Below, piece by piece: positions 29,449 through 41,902 of a DNA stretch of 64,000 bases. The notes under the pieces are model-generated. The model worked only from the letters and a program-made list of their open reading frames with translations. It was not told the DNA's origin and searched no databases. The translations under genes were made by a program, and so were the position numbers. The first letter of the stretch is position 1; every line of letters starts with the position of its first letter. The DNA lies in NCBI GenBank assembly GCA_965195345.1, contig OZ239628.1, forward strand, positions 1,760,001 through 1,824,000, in the 5' to 3' direction. The DNA comes from an uncultured Thiomicrospira sp. Lineage in GTDB: Bacteria > Pseudomonadota > Gammaproteobacteria > CAKMZV01.

Positions 29449-31425
29449 TTAGCGTAGGATTATCCAAATTAATAACGACATCAGTCCGAGTATAGTTACA
29501 AAAGCATAATGATATAAATACCCGCTTTGTAAATTCCGAACAACACCCGCAATGCGGCCTATACCTGAAGCTGATCTATTGACAACTCCATCATCAATCA
29601 AGTCCACATCCCCTCTCTTCCAGAAAAACATACCAAGTAATTTACTGCCATTTACAAATACCTTATCGTTTAGAGCATCAAAACCATAAGCATTCAACAT
29701 CCATCTGTGCAATCTTTGATATTTACTCGCAATCGTCGCAGGAATATCAGGGCGTTTGATATATAAAAACCAAGCACTTACAACACCTGCAAGCGCCAGA
29801 TAGAAGGGAGGCGTTACCAATCCATGAACAACCATTGCTCCGACACCTTGGTAGTTTTCAATCAATCGACCTAAAACATTATTCTTCGCTAAAACATAAA
29901 TACTATCCGCAAAATAATTTCCAAAAACCCATGAATCGACAGCCAAACCACCAATAATTACTGATGGAATTGCAAGCAGTATTAACGGCAATGTAATCAC
30001 CAATGGAGATTCATGCGGGGGATGCTCTTTTAAACTTTTTGGCATCGGGGCATGAAATACCAAAAAGAACATACGGAACGAATAAAGCGCTGTAATAAAG
30101 ACACCCGCCAACAAGGCAAACGAAGCGTAACCTGCCCCAAATCGATTAGACTCTTCCACTGCTAAAATAATAGAATCTTTTGAAAAGAACCCAGAAAAAC
30201 CTGGTGTACCAATAAGGGACAGTGAACCAATGAGCATACACAACCAAGTAATTGGCATAACTTTGTGCAATCCACCCATTTCACGAATATCCTGCTTATG
30301 ATGCATCCCAATGATTACCGAACCCGCAGCAAGAAACAATAGTGCCTTAAAAAAAGCATGCGTCATGACGTGAAAAAATCCCGCCGCATAGGCTGAAACA
30401 CCTAAAGCAGCAACCATATAGCCTAATTGAGAAAGCGTTGAATAAGCAACAACGCGTTTAATATCATTTTGAACGACACCTAACAGCCCCATAAACAACG
30501 CAGTGGTCGCACCGATAATTAGAATTGTAGAAGTTGCCACTTCACTCAACTCATACAGAGGTGAGAGGCGCGCAACCATAAAAATACCTGCTGTAACCAT
30601 AGTTGCAGCATGGATTAGTGCAGAGATTGGTGTTGGACCTTCCATTGATTCAGGTAACCACACATGAAGAGGCATCTGAGCCGACTTGCCCATAGCACCT
30701 ACGAATAACAGCAATCCTATGACAGTCACTACTTTCCACTCAGAATTGCCCCAAATATTCATTGTTTGCGCTTCGCTATTGGGCAACGCATCAAAAAAGG
30801 TAGCATAATCTAAAGTGTCATAAAACATTAGAACACCAGCAATCCCAAGAAGAAATCCAAAATCTCCCACCCGATTGACTAAGAAAGCTTTCATATTTGC
30901 TGAAACAGCACTTGGTCGTTTCATATAAAAGCCAATCAACAAATACGACACCACTCCAACAGCTTCCCAACCAAAAAACAATTGCAAAAAGTTATTGGAC
31001 ATAACCAATGACAGCATCGCAAAAGTAAACAATGAAATATAGCTAAAGAAACGCTGATAATAAGGATTGCTGCTAGCATAGTCTTCATCATGTTCCATAT
31101 AACCAACGGTATATATATGCACCATTAATGACACAAACGTTACCACCAACATCATCGATGCAGACAATGAATCAATTAAAAATCCAATCGCAAACTGATA
31201 ACCCCTTATCTCAAGCCAATTATAAATATTCGCATTGAGTGTTCCGACCTCTTGGATAACAATAGCATAAAACACGACAGCTGAAAGAATCGTAGCCAAT
31301 CCAATCGCACCAATAGTTATCGCATGCGCACTTGTGCGGCTGAGTTTCCTGCCCCCCAGTCCAACGACAATTGATGCCACCAACGGCAACAATAAAATCA
31401 ACATGCATAGACCGTATAAACTCAC
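29449..31425 (-). CDS. nuoL: NADH-quinone oxidoreductase subunit L
   Basis: GKSAQMPLHVWLP, EGPTPISALIHAATMV, HAFFKALLFL. Confidence 0.96.
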   Translation of the reverse strand: MSLYGLCMLILLLPLVASIVVGLGGRKLSRTSAHAITIGAIGLATILSAVVFYAIVIQEVGTLNANIYNWLEIRGYQFAIGFLIDSLSASMMLVVTFVSLMVHIYTVGYMEHDEDYASSNPYYQRFFSYISLFTFAMLSLVMSNNFLQLFFGWEAVGVVSYLLIGFYMKRPSAVSANMKAFLVNRVGDFGFLLGIAGVLMFYDTLDYATFFDALPNSEAQTMNIWGNSEWKVVTVIGLLLFVGAMGKSAQMPLHVWLPESMEGPTPISALIHAATMVTAGIFMVARLSPLYELSEVATSTILIIGATTALFMGLLGVVQNDIKRVVAYSTLSQLGYMVAALGVSAYAAGFFHVMTHAFFKALLFLAAGSVIIGMHHKQDIREMGGLHKVMPITWLCMLIGSLSLIGTPGFSGFFSKDSIILAVEESNRFGAGYASFALLAGVFITALYSFRMFFLVFHAPMPKSLKEHPPHESPLVITLPLILLAIPSVIIGGLAVDSWVFGNYFADSIYVLAKNNVLGRLIENYQGVGAMVVHGLVTPPFYLALAGVVSAWFLYIKRPDIPATIASKYQRLHRWMLNAYGFDALNDKVFVNGSKLLGMFFWKRGDVDLIDDGVVNRSASGIGRIAGVVRNLQSGYLYHYAFVTILGLMSLLIWIILR

Positions 31426-31428
31426 TTG

Positions 31429-31731
31429 TTATCCTTTTAAAAGATTCAAATCTTCAACGTTAATCGTCTGCTTATTACGAAAAAGCACAACCAAGATAGC
31501 CAGCCCAATTGCAGCTTCAGCTGCTGCAACCGTCAGAATAAAAAACACAAAAACCTGACCTGCCAGATCATTTAAGAAAAAAGAAAACGCCACTAAATTC
31601 GTGTTAACTGCCAGAAGCATCAACTCAATACATAAAAGAATCATTACTACGTTTTTCCTATTAAGAAATATGCCGGTAATGCTTATAGTGAAAAGCATCG
31701 CACCAAAAATTAAAAACTCATTTAATCCCAT
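31429..31731 (-). CDS. nuoK: NADH-quinone oxidoreductase subunit K
   Basis: [20 protein letters not shown]; start placed at ATG 31731. Confidence 0.95.
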   Translation of the reverse strand: MGLNEFLIFGAMLFTISITGIFLNRKNVVMILLCIELMLLAVNTNLVAFSFFLNDLAGQVFVFFILTVAAAEAAIGLAILVVLFRNKQTINVEDLNLLKG

Positions 31732-32368
31732 TGTCTTCCTCTGGTTTACGGGTTTGGTGTCGGTTGCTCTCGCTATCCACATCCACTACTCGAAGGCGAT
31801 CGGAAGCCCGCACCTTCACTTGTTTGGAAATGTCTTGATAACGCGCTTCCACACCTGGACGACGGCGCAAAGTTAACGCAATAGCGGCAACAATAGCAAC
31901 TGTTAATAGCACTGCTGCCAACTCAACTGGATATAAATACTCTGTATAGAGTAATTGCCCCAACATTTTTGTGTTCGAACCAGACGCAATTGCATTTGAA
32001 GCGTCGCTATACGTTGACTGAGTCAACTGTCCACCATAAAGAATGATTGCAAGCTCAGCAAAGACGATTAATGCAATCAGTACGCCAATAGGCAAATAAC
32101 TCGCAAATCCTTCTCGTAGTACAGTAATGTTGATATCAAGCATCATCACTACAAACAAAAACAATACCATCACTGCACCGACATAAACAAGAATCAAGGC
32201 AACGCCTAAAAATTCAGCATGCAACAATATCCATATACCAGAGCACGACACAAAGGCCATGACCAAGAAAAGAGCCGCACGGACAGGATTTTTCGAGGTA
32301 ATCAGCATTAACGCTGCTATCACCGTCAGTCCTGCTAGAGCATAAAATATTATTTGTTCAAAACTCAT
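31718..32368 (-). CDS. nuoJ: NADH-quinone oxidoreductase subunit J
   Basis: [26 protein letters not shown]. Confidence 0.95.
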   Translation of the reverse strand: MSFEQIIFYALAGLTVIAALMLITSKNPVRAALFLVMAFVSCSGIWILLHAEFLGVALILVYVGAVMVLFLFVVMMLDINITVLREGFASYLPIGVLIALIVFAELAIILYGGQLTQSTYSDASNAIASGSNTKMLGQLLYTEYLYPVELAAVLLTVAIVAAIALTLRRRPGVEARYQDISKQVKVRASDRLRVVDVDSESNRHQTRKPEEDNGIK

Positions 32369-32385
32369 TTAAATAAAACTCACAA

Positions 32386-32877
32386 TTAACGGTATGGCGC
32401 ATCGCTGGCTCGATCTGCTGCTATTTGCGCCTCATGCTTATCACCCTCTGCAAGCAACAACTCTTTTGTCATAACACGCGTACCCGCTTCTTCAAAATGA
32501 TAATCAAGTATGCGCGTTTCCACAATGGCATCTACTGGGCAAGCTTCTTCACAAAAACCACAATAAATACATTTAAACATGTCAATATCGTATTGAATCG
32601 TACGCCGCGTTCCATCTTTACTCTGTACGGATTCAATGGTAATCGCATTGGCGGGACAAACCGCTTCACATAATTTACATGCAATGCATCGCTCTTCTCC
32701 GTTAGGATAGCGTCTTAAAGCGTGCTTTCCTCGAAATCGAGGAGATAACGGGGTGCGCTCTTCAGGAAATTGAATAGTTATTTTTCTCTTAAACAAATAG
32801 CGGCCTGTAACCCCCATACCCTTAAGTAGTTCCCATAAGGTAAAACTTTTTATTTGATGCTTAACGTATTTCCACAT
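32386..32877 (-). CDS. nuoI: NADH-quinone oxidoreductase subunit I
   Basis: [12 protein letters not shown] and [12 protein letters not shown] 4Fe-4S motifs. Confidence 0.97.
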   Translation of the reverse strand: MWKYVKHQIKSFTLWELLKGMGVTGRYLFKRKITIQFPEERTPLSPRFRGKHALRRYPNGEERCIACKLCEAVCPANAITIESVQSKDGTRRTIQYDIDMFKCIYCGFCEEACPVDAIVETRILDYHFEEAGTRVMTKELLLAEGDKHEAQIAADRASDAPYR

Positions 32878-32886
32878 AATATTGAT

Positions 32887-33945
32887 TTAAAACCACGGTT
32901 TCAATTCCACATAATCCATCACACCAACAACGAACACCCAAAACAATGTGAGGGGAATAAACACTTTCCATCCAAGTCGCATAATTTGGTCATATCGGTA
33001 ACGTGGGAAAGTAGCGCGAAACCAGAGAAAGAAAAACAACATTGTTGCCGTCTTTAAAACCAACCAAACAGTACCCGGGATCCAAGAAAAAACACTTTCC
33101 AAACCGACAATTCCATCAAATGGTGAATGCCATCCTCCGAGAAATAAAATAGTAGTTAGCATCGCAATTAGGATCATCATTGCGTACTCTGCAAGAAAAA
33201 AGACTGCAAAAGTCATCCCAGAATATTCAACATGAAATCCCGCAACAATTTCTGATTCACCCTCTGCCACATCAAATGGCGCACGGTTTGTTTCTGCAAC
33301 TCCAGAAATAAAATACACAATAAACATTGGGAATAAGGGTATCCAATACCAATTCCAAAACCCGCCTGCTTGTCCGTTAACAATATCGCTCATATTCATA
33401 GATTTCGATACCATCAACACCGTAACCATAGCAAATCCCATAGCAATTTCGTAAGACACTATTTGTGCCGACGCACGCACTGCGCTCAAAAATGCATACT
33501 TAGAATTCGAAGCCCAGCCTGAAACTATAACACCGTATACGCCAATGGAGCCGACTGCTAATATATACATCAAACCGACATCAATATCCGAAACGTACAT
33601 TCCATCCCCAAAAGGGACAACCGCCCAAACCGCAATCGCAGGTGCTATCGAAAGCATTGGTGCAATAATGAACAGCCAAGCATTTGATTGCGACGGTACA
33701 ATAATTTCCTTAAACATCAATTTCACGGCATCAGCAATGGGTTGCAACCATCCTTTAGGACCCACCCTGTTCGGGCCAAGTCGCATTTGCATATAACCTA
33801 TAATCTTGCGCTCAGCATAGGTAAGATAGGCAACACCAAGCATTACTGGGATGATAATAATCAACGCTTGCGTCAAAAAAGTGGCCATGATTGCCACACC
33901 TGATGGCAAAAATATGCTCAAAAATTCTGTCAATTGATCAAACAT
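32887..33945 (-). CDS. nuoH: NADH-quinone oxidoreductase subunit H
   Basis: [23 protein letters not shown]. Confidence 0.96.
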   Translation of the reverse strand: MFDQLTEFLSIFLPSGVAIMATFLTQALIIIIPVMLGVAYLTYAERKIIGYMQMRLGPNRVGPKGWLQPIADAVKLMFKEIIVPSQSNAWLFIIAPMLSIAPAIAVWAVVPFGDGMYVSDIDVGLMYILAVGSIGVYGVIVSGWASNSKYAFLSAVRASAQIVSYEIAMGFAMVTVLMVSKSMNMSDIVNGQAGGFWNWYWIPLFPMFIVYFISGVAETNRAPFDVAEGESEIVAGFHVEYSGMTFAVFFLAEYAMMILIAMLTTILFLGGWHSPFDGIVGLESVFSWIPGTVWLVLKTATMLFFFLWFRATFPRYRYDQIMRLGWKVFIPLTLFWVFVVGVMDYVELKPWF

Positions 33946-33961
33946 TATATTTCCAATAATC

Positions 33962-36214
33962 TCAAATTATTCGGATACCATTTATACGTAAATTATGAAA
34001 AGAGGAGGCAGCATGCGCTGGAATCAAAAAAGATCCAGCCGCTACTCGTTCGTTCATGTCAGCACCAACATGTGTAGTAACACCGTCCTTCTCAAATTCA
34101 ATCTCGTTACCAAATCCCAAATTTTCTGCATCGCTTGGATTAATCTGACACTTCATGCCAACTCGAGCAGTTCTTGTTTCTTGCAAAGCAGAAGCATGCC
34201 TCAAAGTTGCATCTAAAGCATAGGCGTGCCAATAAATCACCCCATCAATCTGACCATTCGTGTTATTCTTTTCAAACTTTGATGGGTTTTTCGGTAAAAT
34301 TTCACTATGATCTAATTCATTCAATGCTTCATCACGAACTTGAGTACTATTAGTATAGTCACAATTTGGCACATCGAATAGATTCGCAAGCACTCGAAGC
34401 ACCTTCCATCCTTGTTTAGAATCCCCAATTGGCGGAACAATTGCGGAAAAAGACTGTGCTTTTCCGTTCATATTAATAAACGTTCCCGATGTTTCTGCAT
34501 AGGTGCTTATCGGCAAAATAACATCAGCGTATTTTTCAAGAGCTTCAGACCTAAAATTGGAAAATGCAATAACCTTCATCTTTGGCAAACAATCGTTTAA
34601 CATGCCTGAATACACCGTGTCATTGTTAGGATCAACATCGTATAAAACAATCGCTTTCGACTCCAACATCTGAGTAACATTCACTTTAAATGGAGCGCAC
34701 CCTAATTGTTTAGCTGCAATCGTATTCGTCGATTCAGGCAAAATCTGCAAGACTGTCCCCGTCAAACTTGCCAATAAATGTGCCCAAGACTCAACATCAC
34801 CAAAATCAGAAGATTGTTGTGCGCGGTTACCAAGCACAATGATGCCATCGTCTGATTCTTTCAATGCTTGTGCATAACTTTTGGCTTGTTCGCCGACCTT
34901 CATCTCCTCTAACCCTAACTCAGCAATTCTCTCATCATCTTTTTCCAATAAATATTTTGCCATTTCGGCAAAAAATGTAACCCATAAAGCAGGCCTTCGA
35001 ATCGCATTAGTGGTTTCTTTTATTCTAAAGTCGTGTTCAATGGCATCCAGAACCAACAACGAAGCTCGACCCTTACGCAAACGATGTGCCACCATGGGAT
35101 GTTCTTCCGTCAAAGCACAGCCGACAACAAGAGCAGCATCGCACTTTTCAAAAGCACTCATTGGCAATGACACACCTGCACCAACTGCTTCCAAGTCTCG
35201 TTGCCTTATTCGCGTATCCAAGCCACCTTCCTTGTGAAACGCTATTTTCTTTAGCAAAGTTAACTCTTCTAACGTGGCATTAGGGTTTACTAACGCATTA
35301 AATGGCAGATTCTTAAAAATCTTACATGTCAAATTCAGTGCCGACTCCCAGTCTGTTTTTTTCCAGTTAGAACCTTCTTTTACCATTGGGTTCAATATGC
35401 GTTCTGGGCTCTGTAATCCTTCGTAACCAAAGCGGTCGCGATCCGACAACCAAACCTCATTAATTTCCTCATTTTGCTTGGGCACTACACGTTTAATAAC
35501 AGACCCTTTGCAATGGTAAATGCAGTGAGATCCTGCACTATCGTGGGCAGCAATGCTTTCACGAGCTACCAGTTCCCAAGGACGAGCAGAATAACGGAAA
35601 GGTTTAGAAGTAAGTGCTCCAACAGGGCATAGATCGATCATGTTTCCAGAAAGCTCTGAATCCACAGAATGCTCTAAAAAGGTACCAATCTCACTGTACT
35701 CACCACGTCGCGTCATCCCTAACTCTTGAATACCACCAATCTCTTGCCCAAATCGGACACAACGCGTGCAATGAATGCATCGTGTCAAGTCCGTATGAAT
35801 CAAAGGACCGATATTCTTCTCAGGGACAACCCGTTTATTAGCACTGTAACGTGAGGCATCGCTTCCAAATTCCAGCGAAACATCCTGCAACTCGCACTCA
35901 CCACCTTGGTCACAAATAGGGCAATCAAGTGGATGATTAATTAGTAAAAACTCCATCACCGACTTCTGTGCGGTGCGTGCAGCTGGTGATTTTGTATTAA
36001 CAATCATCCCTTCCGACACAGGGGTTGCACAAGCAGGCATTGGCTTCTTCGCCCCCTTGACTTCAACTAAGCACATACGGCAATTTGCAGCAACACTCAA
36101 TTTAGAATGATAACAAAATCGAGGAATATCGACAGAATGAGTATCTGCCACATCAATAAGCATTTGTCCTTCTCTTGCGTCAACTTTTTTGCCGTCTATT
36201 AAGATACTTATCAT
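33962..36214 (-). CDS. nuoG: NADH-quinone oxidoreductase subunit G
   Basis: [36 protein letters not shown]. Confidence 0.96.
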   Translation of the reverse strand: MISILIDGKKVDAREGQMLIDVADTHSVDIPRFCYHSKLSVAANCRMCLVEVKGAKKPMPACATPVSEGMIVNTKSPAARTAQKSVMEFLLINHPLDCPICDQGGECELQDVSLEFGSDASRYSANKRVVPEKNIGPLIHTDLTRCIHCTRCVRFGQEIGGIQELGMTRRGEYSEIGTFLEHSVDSELSGNMIDLCPVGALTSKPFRYSARPWELVARESIAAHDSAGSHCIYHCKGSVIKRVVPKQNEEINEVWLSDRDRFGYEGLQSPERILNPMVKEGSNWKKTDWESALNLTCKIFKNLPFNALVNPNATLEELTLLKKIAFHKEGGLDTRIRQRDLEAVGAGVSLPMSAFEKCDAALVVGCALTEEHPMVAHRLRKGRASLLVLDAIEHDFRIKETTNAIRRPALWVTFFAEMAKYLLEKDDERIAELGLEEMKVGEQAKSYAQALKESDDGIIVLGNRAQQSSDFGDVESWAHLLASLTGTVLQILPESTNTIAAKQLGCAPFKVNVTQMLESKAIVLYDVDPNNDTVYSGMLNDCLPKMKVIAFSNFRSEALEKYADVILPISTYAETSGTFINMNGKAQSFSAIVPPIGDSKQGWKVLRVLANLFDVPNCDYTNSTQVRDEALNELDHSEILPKNPSKFEKNNTNGQIDGVIYWHAYALDATLRHASALQETRTARVGMKCQINPSDAENLGFGNEIEFEKDGVTTHVGADMNERVAAGSFLIPAHAASSFHNLRINGIRII

Positions 36215-36217
36215 AGT

Positions 36218-37513
36218 TTAACTGGCTTTTTGGTGTTTCGATTCGGCATTTCTTCCATTAATTTTTGCCACAAACTCATCACGAAAGTGTTCAATAAAAC
36301 TCAATACTGGTATAGCAGCCGCATCGCCCAAACCACAAATAACATGCCCATCAATATTGTTGGATAAACTGGTTAGCAATTCAAGATCTTCCGTACTCGC
36401 CTTACCTTCATTAATTCTCTTAACTGTGCGGTACATCCAACCTGTTCCTTCACGACACGGAGTACATTGCCCACAAGACTCATCAAAAAAGAAATGCGTC
36501 AAACGCTCTAATGCCTTCACCATATCTGTCGTTTCATCCATGATAATAACAGAACCTGCACCAAGGCTTGAACCCGCTTTTCCAATGCCATTAAAATCCA
36601 TGTTCATACCCATCGCACTTTCACCGGTAATAACTGGCGTTGATGGTCCACCCGGTATTACTGCTTTAAGCTTTTTCCCATCACGCATTCCACCAGCAAG
36701 TTCAAGTAAATCCGCAAAAGGCGTCCCCATACGCACTTCATAATTTCCCGGTTTATTAACATGACCCGATACTGAATAAATTTTAGCGCCACCTGAGTTA
36801 GGCAGTCCTATGTCTTGAAACCAACGCCCACCTTTTTCTAATATGACTGGTACTGAAGCATAGGTTTCAGTATTGTTAACATTAGTCGGTCTACCGTACA
36901 ATCCAAAACTTGCTGAATAAGGTGGTTTAAAGCGAGGCTGCCCTTTCTTACCTTCTATTGATTCAATCAAAGCTGTTTCTTCCCCACAAATGTAGGCACC
37001 TGCCCCAGCATGATAGTACAAATCAAAATCTTTCCCACTACCTAAAACATCCTTTCCTAAGAAACCCTTACTGTATGCTTGCTTAAGCGCATCATTAAAA
37101 CGATTAATTGGTTCGACAAATTCACCGCGCACGTAGTTATAACCAACACTTGCATTCAATACGACTCCAGCAATTGCCATACCCTCAATCAATTGATGAG
37201 GATTGAAACGCATAATATCGCGATCTTTAAAAGTTCCAGGTTCGCCCTCGTCTGAATTGCAAACAATATATTTTTGAATCTTAGCAAACCTTGGCATAAA
37301 CGTCCACTTCAAACCTGTTGGAAAACCAGCACCACCACGTCCACGCAAATTCGACACAGTGAGCTCATCTATGACTTTTTCAGCAGACAGCTTGTTCTTT
37401 AAAACCTTTTTATACATTGAATAGCCACCATTCTTAATATACGTGTCTATATCCCATGGTTTATCTAAATGGTTAAAGCGAAAACACACCTCGTTTTGAA
37501 TTACATTTGTCAT
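36218..37513 (-). CDS. nuoF: NADH-quinone oxidoreductase subunit F
   Basis: RGRGGAGFPTG, DEGEPGTFKDR, GAYICGEETAL, ESCGQCTPCREG. Confidence 0.96.
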   Translation of the reverse strand: MTNVIQNEVCFRFNHLDKPWDIDTYIKNGGYSMYKKVLKNKLSAEKVIDELTVSNLRGRGGAGFPTGLKWTFMPRFAKIQKYIVCNSDEGEPGTFKDRDIMRFNPHQLIEGMAIAGVVLNASVGYNYVRGEFVEPINRFNDALKQAYSKGFLGKDVLGSGKDFDLYYHAGAGAYICGEETALIESIEGKKGQPRFKPPYSASFGLYGRPTNVNNTETYASVPVILEKGGRWFQDIGLPNSGGAKIYSVSGHVNKPGNYEVRMGTPFADLLELAGGMRDGKKLKAVIPGGPSTPVITGESAMGMNMDFNGIGKAGSSLGAGSVIIMDETTDMVKALERLTHFFFDESCGQCTPCREGTGWMYRTVKRINEGKASTEDLELLTSLSNNIDGHVICGLGDAAAIPVLSFIEHFRDEFVAKINGRNAESKHQKAS

Positions 37514-37524
37514 GGTTTAATAAT

Positions 37525-38076
37525 TTATTCGAGATTATCAAGTACTTGATCAACTTTTTGAGGCGTGAGATTTTCATAATACTCATCACCAATTTGCATC
37601 ATAGGAGCACCGGCACATGCGGCCAAACATTCAACTTTTTTTAAAGAAAATCGTCCATCCTTAGTCACTTCTCCGCCACACTTTATGCCCAATTTGCTCT
37701 CCATATAAGCAATCAAATCGTCCCCCCCACACAACATACAAGAGATATTGTGGCACACTGAAATCTTATATCTCCCTTGTGGCTTATGTTCGTACATTGA
37801 GTAGAAAGAAGCAACTTCTTGCGCGCTTATTGATGCTAATTCAAGATAAGAAGCAACGCTCTCAATTAATTCTTTGGTAAGCATTCCACCATTATGATTT
37901 TGGGCAATGGTGAGCGCAGGCATCAAAGCCGATCTTTTGTGCTCATGGGGATACTTAGAAACATGACTGTCGATGGCGAGTTTCACATCATCACTTAAAC
38001 TGTACGTGTTTTCTGACGGAATGGGATAATGCGTAATCTGTGCAACAGTATGCGCAATTAATGGGTCATTCTTCAT
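37525..38076 (-). CDS. nuoE: NADH-quinone oxidoreductase subunit E
   Basis: [22 protein letters not shown] 2Fe-2S ligands. Confidence 0.94.
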   Translation of the reverse strand: MKNDPLIAHTVAQITHYPIPSENTYSLSDDVKLAIDSHVSKYPHEHKRSALMPALTIAQNHNGGMLTKELIESVASYLELASISAQEVASFYSMYEHKPQGRYKISVCHNISCMLCGGDDLIAYMESKLGIKCGGEVTKDGRFSLKKVECLAACAGAPMMQIGDEYYENLTPQKVDQVLDNLE

Positions 38077-39326
38077 CGATCTATTTCTCCAAATACAACG
38101 TCTTGCGTGCCAATAATTGTAACAACATCCGCGAGCAGATGCCCTTTAGCCATGCTATTCATCGCTTGCAAATGCGCAAACCCTGGCGCACGAATTTTTA
38201 CGCGGTAGGGTTTATTAGCACCGTCAGATATCATATAAATGCCAAATTCTCCTTTCGGATGTTCAGTCCCTACATACACCTCACCTTTTGGCACACAGTA
38301 ACCTTCAGTGAATAATTTAAAATGGTGAATCAAATCCTCCATATCCTTCTTCATAGTTTCACGTTTGGGGGGTGTTACTTTGTGATCTGAAGAAACGACT
38401 GCTCCTGGATTATTGCGTAACCATTGGATGCATTGATTCATTATTTTTGTTGATTCGCGCATCTCTTGTATGCGCACCAAATAGCGATCATAGCTATCAC
38501 CTTCAGTCCCTACAGGAATAGAAAAATCCAATTGATCATACACTTCATATGGTTGTTTTTTGCGCAAATCCCAAGCAATACCCGATCCTCGCAACATCGG
38601 ACCTGTAAAGCCGAGTTGTAGAGCATGTTCGGGATCAACCACACCGACACCAACGAGGCGTTGCTTCCAGATACGATTGTCAGTCAATAGCGTTTCATAT
38701 TCATCAATTAGTTTTGGAAACCGCTGAGCAAAATCGTCAATAAAATCAAGCAAAGAACCTTCTCTATTTGCATTAAAACGCTTAACCTCGCTCTCCTTAG
38801 TCTTCTCACCTTTCTCAAACTTTGGCATCTTCTCAGGCAAATCCCTATAAACGCCACCGGGTCTAAAATACGTGGCGTGCATTCGAGCGCCACTTACTGC
38901 CTCGTAACAATCCATTAGATCTTCGCGCTCTCTAAATGCATACAAAAAAACCGTCATTGCGCCAACATCAAGTGCATGAGAACCCAACCACATTAGATGA
39001 TTGAGAATACGAGTTATTTCAGCAAAAAGAACACGAATATATTGCCCTCGCAAAGGAACTTCCACATCTAATAACTTTTCAATTGCCATAACGAATGCGT
39101 GTTCATTACACATCATAGATACGTAATCAAGACGATCCATATAACCAATGGATTGGTTGTAAGGTTTGTATTCAACCAGCTTTTCCGTACCCCTATGCAA
39201 CAAACCAATATGAGGATCTGCTCGCACAATAGTCTCACCATCCATTTCCAAAACCAAACGCAATACTCCGTGCGCCGCTGGATGTTGTGGACCAAAGTTG
39301 AGCGTATAATTTTTAATTTCTGCCAT
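38073..39326 (-). CDS. nuoD: NADH-quinone oxidoreductase subunit D
   Basis: [33 protein letters not shown]; start placed at ATG 39326. Confidence 0.96.
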   Translation of the reverse strand: MAEIKNYTLNFGPQHPAAHGVLRLVLEMDGETIVRADPHIGLLHRGTEKLVEYKPYNQSIGYMDRLDYVSMMCNEHAFVMAIEKLLDVEVPLRGQYIRVLFAEITRILNHLMWLGSHALDVGAMTVFLYAFREREDLMDCYEAVSGARMHATYFRPGGVYRDLPEKMPKFEKGEKTKESEVKRFNANREGSLLDFIDDFAQRFPKLIDEYETLLTDNRIWKQRLVGVGVVDPEHALQLGFTGPMLRGSGIAWDLRKKQPYEVYDQLDFSIPVGTEGDSYDRYLVRIQEMRESTKIMNQCIQWLRNNPGAVVSSDHKVTPPKRETMKKDMEDLIHHFKLFTEGYCVPKGEVYVGTEHPKGEFGIYMISDGANKPYRVKIRAPGFAHLQAMNSMAKGHLLADVVTIIGTQDVVFGEIDR

Positions 39327-39340
39327 AACTTTACTGCAAA

Positions 39341-40000
39341 TTAGCGAATAACCCTCGGTACGTTTACGCGATTTTCTAACGTCACTGGACGATACCGAAC
39401 ACAATGTTCTATAGCATCATAGTACATTTCAACTTTGCCGACTAAAGGAAAATCCTTACGCAAAGGATGTCCAACAAAACCATAATCAGTAAGGATGCGC
39501 CGCAAATCTGGATGCCCCTCAAAAACAATACCAAACAAATCAAATGCTTCGCGTTCAAACCAGTTGGCGCACTCCCATATTGGGACTGCGGAAGCTACCA
39601 TTGGAAAAGATGTATTTTCGGGGAAACACTTGACTCGCAAACGCAAATTATCACTGATATTAAGCAATTGATAAACAACACAAAATCGTCTATCCATATC
39701 CGCATCTACGGCAACCGATAAATCTTCCCCATCATCAAAATCAAAAACCCCTCGACTAAAGCCCTGCGCCGTAGCACCGTCGGTTTCCCAGTTTTGCTGT
39801 CCGAAAGCCGCGTAATCAACACCGCATAAATCGACAAGCAGTTTAAAACCGTACTCATCGTGCAAAGCCTGACACACAGTTGTCAAAGACAAAGGAGACA
39901 CCTCCATAACCAACGTGTCTACTTCAAGTTGTAAAGAAATATATTTATCAGACAACCCCGCTTGAAGTTTATCATTGAGCTGTTGCTGATAATCACGCAT
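39341..40000 (-). CDS. nuoC: NADH-quinone oxidoreductase subunit C
   Basis: [38 protein letters not shown]. Confidence 0.95.
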   Translation of the reverse strand: MRDYQQQLNDKLQAGLSDKYISLQLEVDTLVMEVSPLSLTTVCQALHDEYGFKLLVDLCGVDYAAFGQQNWETDGATAQGFSRGVFDFDDGEDLSVAVDADMDRRFCVVYQLLNISDNLRLRVKCFPENTSFPMVASAVPIWECANWFEREAFDLFGIVFEGHPDLRRILTDYGFVGHPLRKDFPLVGKVEMYYDAIEHCVRYRPVTLENRVNVPRVIR

Positions 40001-40018
40001 CGAATAAATACCCGAAAC

Positions 40019-40495
40019 TTAGCGGGCGATAGTATTGGTTTGTTTAATTTTCCGCTGCAATTGCAAAATACCAAATAACAATGCCTCTGCAGTAGGGGGG
40101 CATCCTGGAACATAGATATCCACAGGCACAATGCGGTCACAACCGCGAACTACCGAGTAAGAATAATGATAATATCCTCCGCCATTTGCACAAGACCCCA
40201 TAGAAATCACCCAACGAGGCTCAGGCATTTGATCGTATACTTTGCGCAATGCAGGACCCATTTTGTTACATAAAGTGCCAGCGACAATCATGACATCAGA
40301 TTGCCTAGGACTAGGGCGGAATACAATACCGAATCGGTCAATATCGTAGCGCGAAGCTGCAGCGTGCATCATTTCAACGGCACAGCAAGCCAGTCCAAAA
40401 GTCATCGGCCACATTGATCCTGTACGCGCCCAATTTATTAGCTTATCAGCGGTTGTAGTAACGATTCCTTCTTTAAATACACCTTCTACTCCCAT
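40019..40495 (-). CDS. nuoB: NADH-quinone oxidoreductase subunit B
   Basis: [24 protein letters not shown]; start placed at ATG 40495. Confidence 0.96.
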   Translation of the reverse strand: MGVEGVFKEGIVTTTADKLINWARTGSMWPMTFGLACCAVEMMHAAASRYDIDRFGIVFRPSPRQSDVMIVAGTLCNKMGPALRKVYDQMPEPRWVISMGSCANGGGYYHYSYSVVRGCDRIVPVDIYVPGCPPTAEALLFGILQLQRKIKQTNTIAR

Positions 40496-40842
40496 TCCAA
40501 CGCTCCCTTTTTCCACTCATAAATAAAGCCCACAGTCAAAATACCAAGAAAAATAGCCATCGCAACATACGCTGGCGTACCTACGGTATCCAATGCCACA
40601 GCCCATGGAAATAAAAAGGCAATTTCCAAATCAAAAATAATGAATAAAATAGCGACCAAGTAGAACCGCACATCAAATTTCATGCGCGCATCTTCAAACG
40701 CTTCAAATCCACATTCATATGGAGAACGTTTTTCTGCATCGGGTTTATTCGGTGCTAAAGCATAACCCAATACAATTGGACCTATGCCGAAAGCAATTCC
40801 GAGCGCGATAAAAACTAAAATGGGCAAATATTCGTAAAGCAT
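40486..40842 (-). CDS. nuoA: NADH-quinone oxidoreductase subunit A
   Basis: [27 protein letters not shown]; start placed at ATG 40842. Confidence 0.95.
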   Translation of the reverse strand: MLYEYLPILVFIALGIAFGIGPIVLGYALAPNKPDAEKRSPYECGFEAFEDARMKFDVRFYLVAILFIIFDLEIAFLFPWAVALDTVGTPAYVAMAIFLGILTVGFIYEWKKGALEWE

Positions 40843-41021
40843 AATTAACTTAGCTATTGACAATTGTTACAGCGATAACTGCAAGAAATAATCCAACAGT
40901 TTTGTCTCAAATTGGTTTACAAATTATAGCACACCAAAGAAGGGTTTTACCTAAGCTCTATACAGTAAAATTTGCAGATAATTACTACCCACTCAATAAC
41001 TTTAACACAGGAATTCTTAAG

Positions 41022-41891
41022 ATGACCTCACCGCATAACATGCTCTGGCAAAAAGGAAACACATTCAAGGAGCTGCATGAACTTGACCATATTTTTTTAA
41101 TGCCGAACGCTTGGAGTGCTGGAAGTGCCTGCATACTACAAGAGGCTGGATTTCCAGCTATAGGAACAACCAGCGCTGGCATCGCTTACGATTTGGGAAT
41201 GCCTGATTATGTAAACGCTTTATCAAGAGATAAAGCGCTTGAAGCGACTAGCAAAATAACACAAGCTGTTCATCTACCTATAAGTGCTGATGCTGAAAAC
41301 GGATACGGAAACGAACCTGCTGATGTAGCACAAACGATTCAACTTTTTGCCGAATCTGGTGTTGTTGGTGCAAGTATTGAAGACTACAGCTCCAATTTTG
41401 GTCATAGCCTGTATGATAGAGATTTAGCGGTATCTCGTATAAAGGCAGCTAAAGAAGCCGCTCAAAAATTACCTTTCCCATTTGTACTAACGGCGCGTGC
41501 AGAATGTTACCTCATCAATCACCCTAACCCTCTTAACGAATCAATACAGCGTGCCAATTTATATCGTGAAGCGGGTGCCGATTGCTTATTTATCCCCGGA
41601 ATAAGCGATGCTCATACTATTGCGACACTGGTCAAAGAAATAGACGCTCCATTAAGCGTTGTAATGGGATTGACGAATAGTACACTGACACTCAATGAGT
41701 TGGAACAGCTTGGCATTAGACGTGTTAGCGTTGGAGGTTCTTTGGCGCGCGCAACGTATGGATTAATTCGCAAAGCAGCACACGAAATGCTTGAACAAGG
41801 AACATTTACCTTTGCCGATGCTCAAATTCCCGATAATGAAATGTGTCGTCTGTTTGAAAAGCAACTGAAAAGCAATAGCACTATGACTTGA
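41022..41891 (+). CDS. Isocitrate lyase/PEP mutase superfamily protein
   Basis: MPNAW, GTTSAG, DAENGYG, SIED, AGADCLF; start placed at ATG 41022. Confidence 0.85.
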   Translation: MTSPHNMLWQKGNTFKELHELDHIFLMPNAWSAGSACILQEAGFPAIGTTSAGIAYDLGMPDYVNALSRDKALEATSKITQAVHLPISADAENGYGNEPADVAQTIQLFAESGVVGASIEDYSSNFGHSLYDRDLAVSRIKAAKEAAQKLPFPFVLTARAECYLINHPNPLNESIQRANLYREAGADCLFIPGISDAHTIATLVKEIDAPLSVVMGLTNSTLTLNELEQLGIRRVSVGGSLARATYGLIRKAAHEMLEQGTFTFADAQIPDNEMCRLFEKQLKSNSTMT

Positions 41892-41902
41892 AAATCAGTC
41901 AA

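Noticed and set aside
40843-41021. Expected tRNA-Leu/secG upstream of nuoA
   Set aside because: No cloverleaf, T-loop GTTCRA or CCA pattern seen
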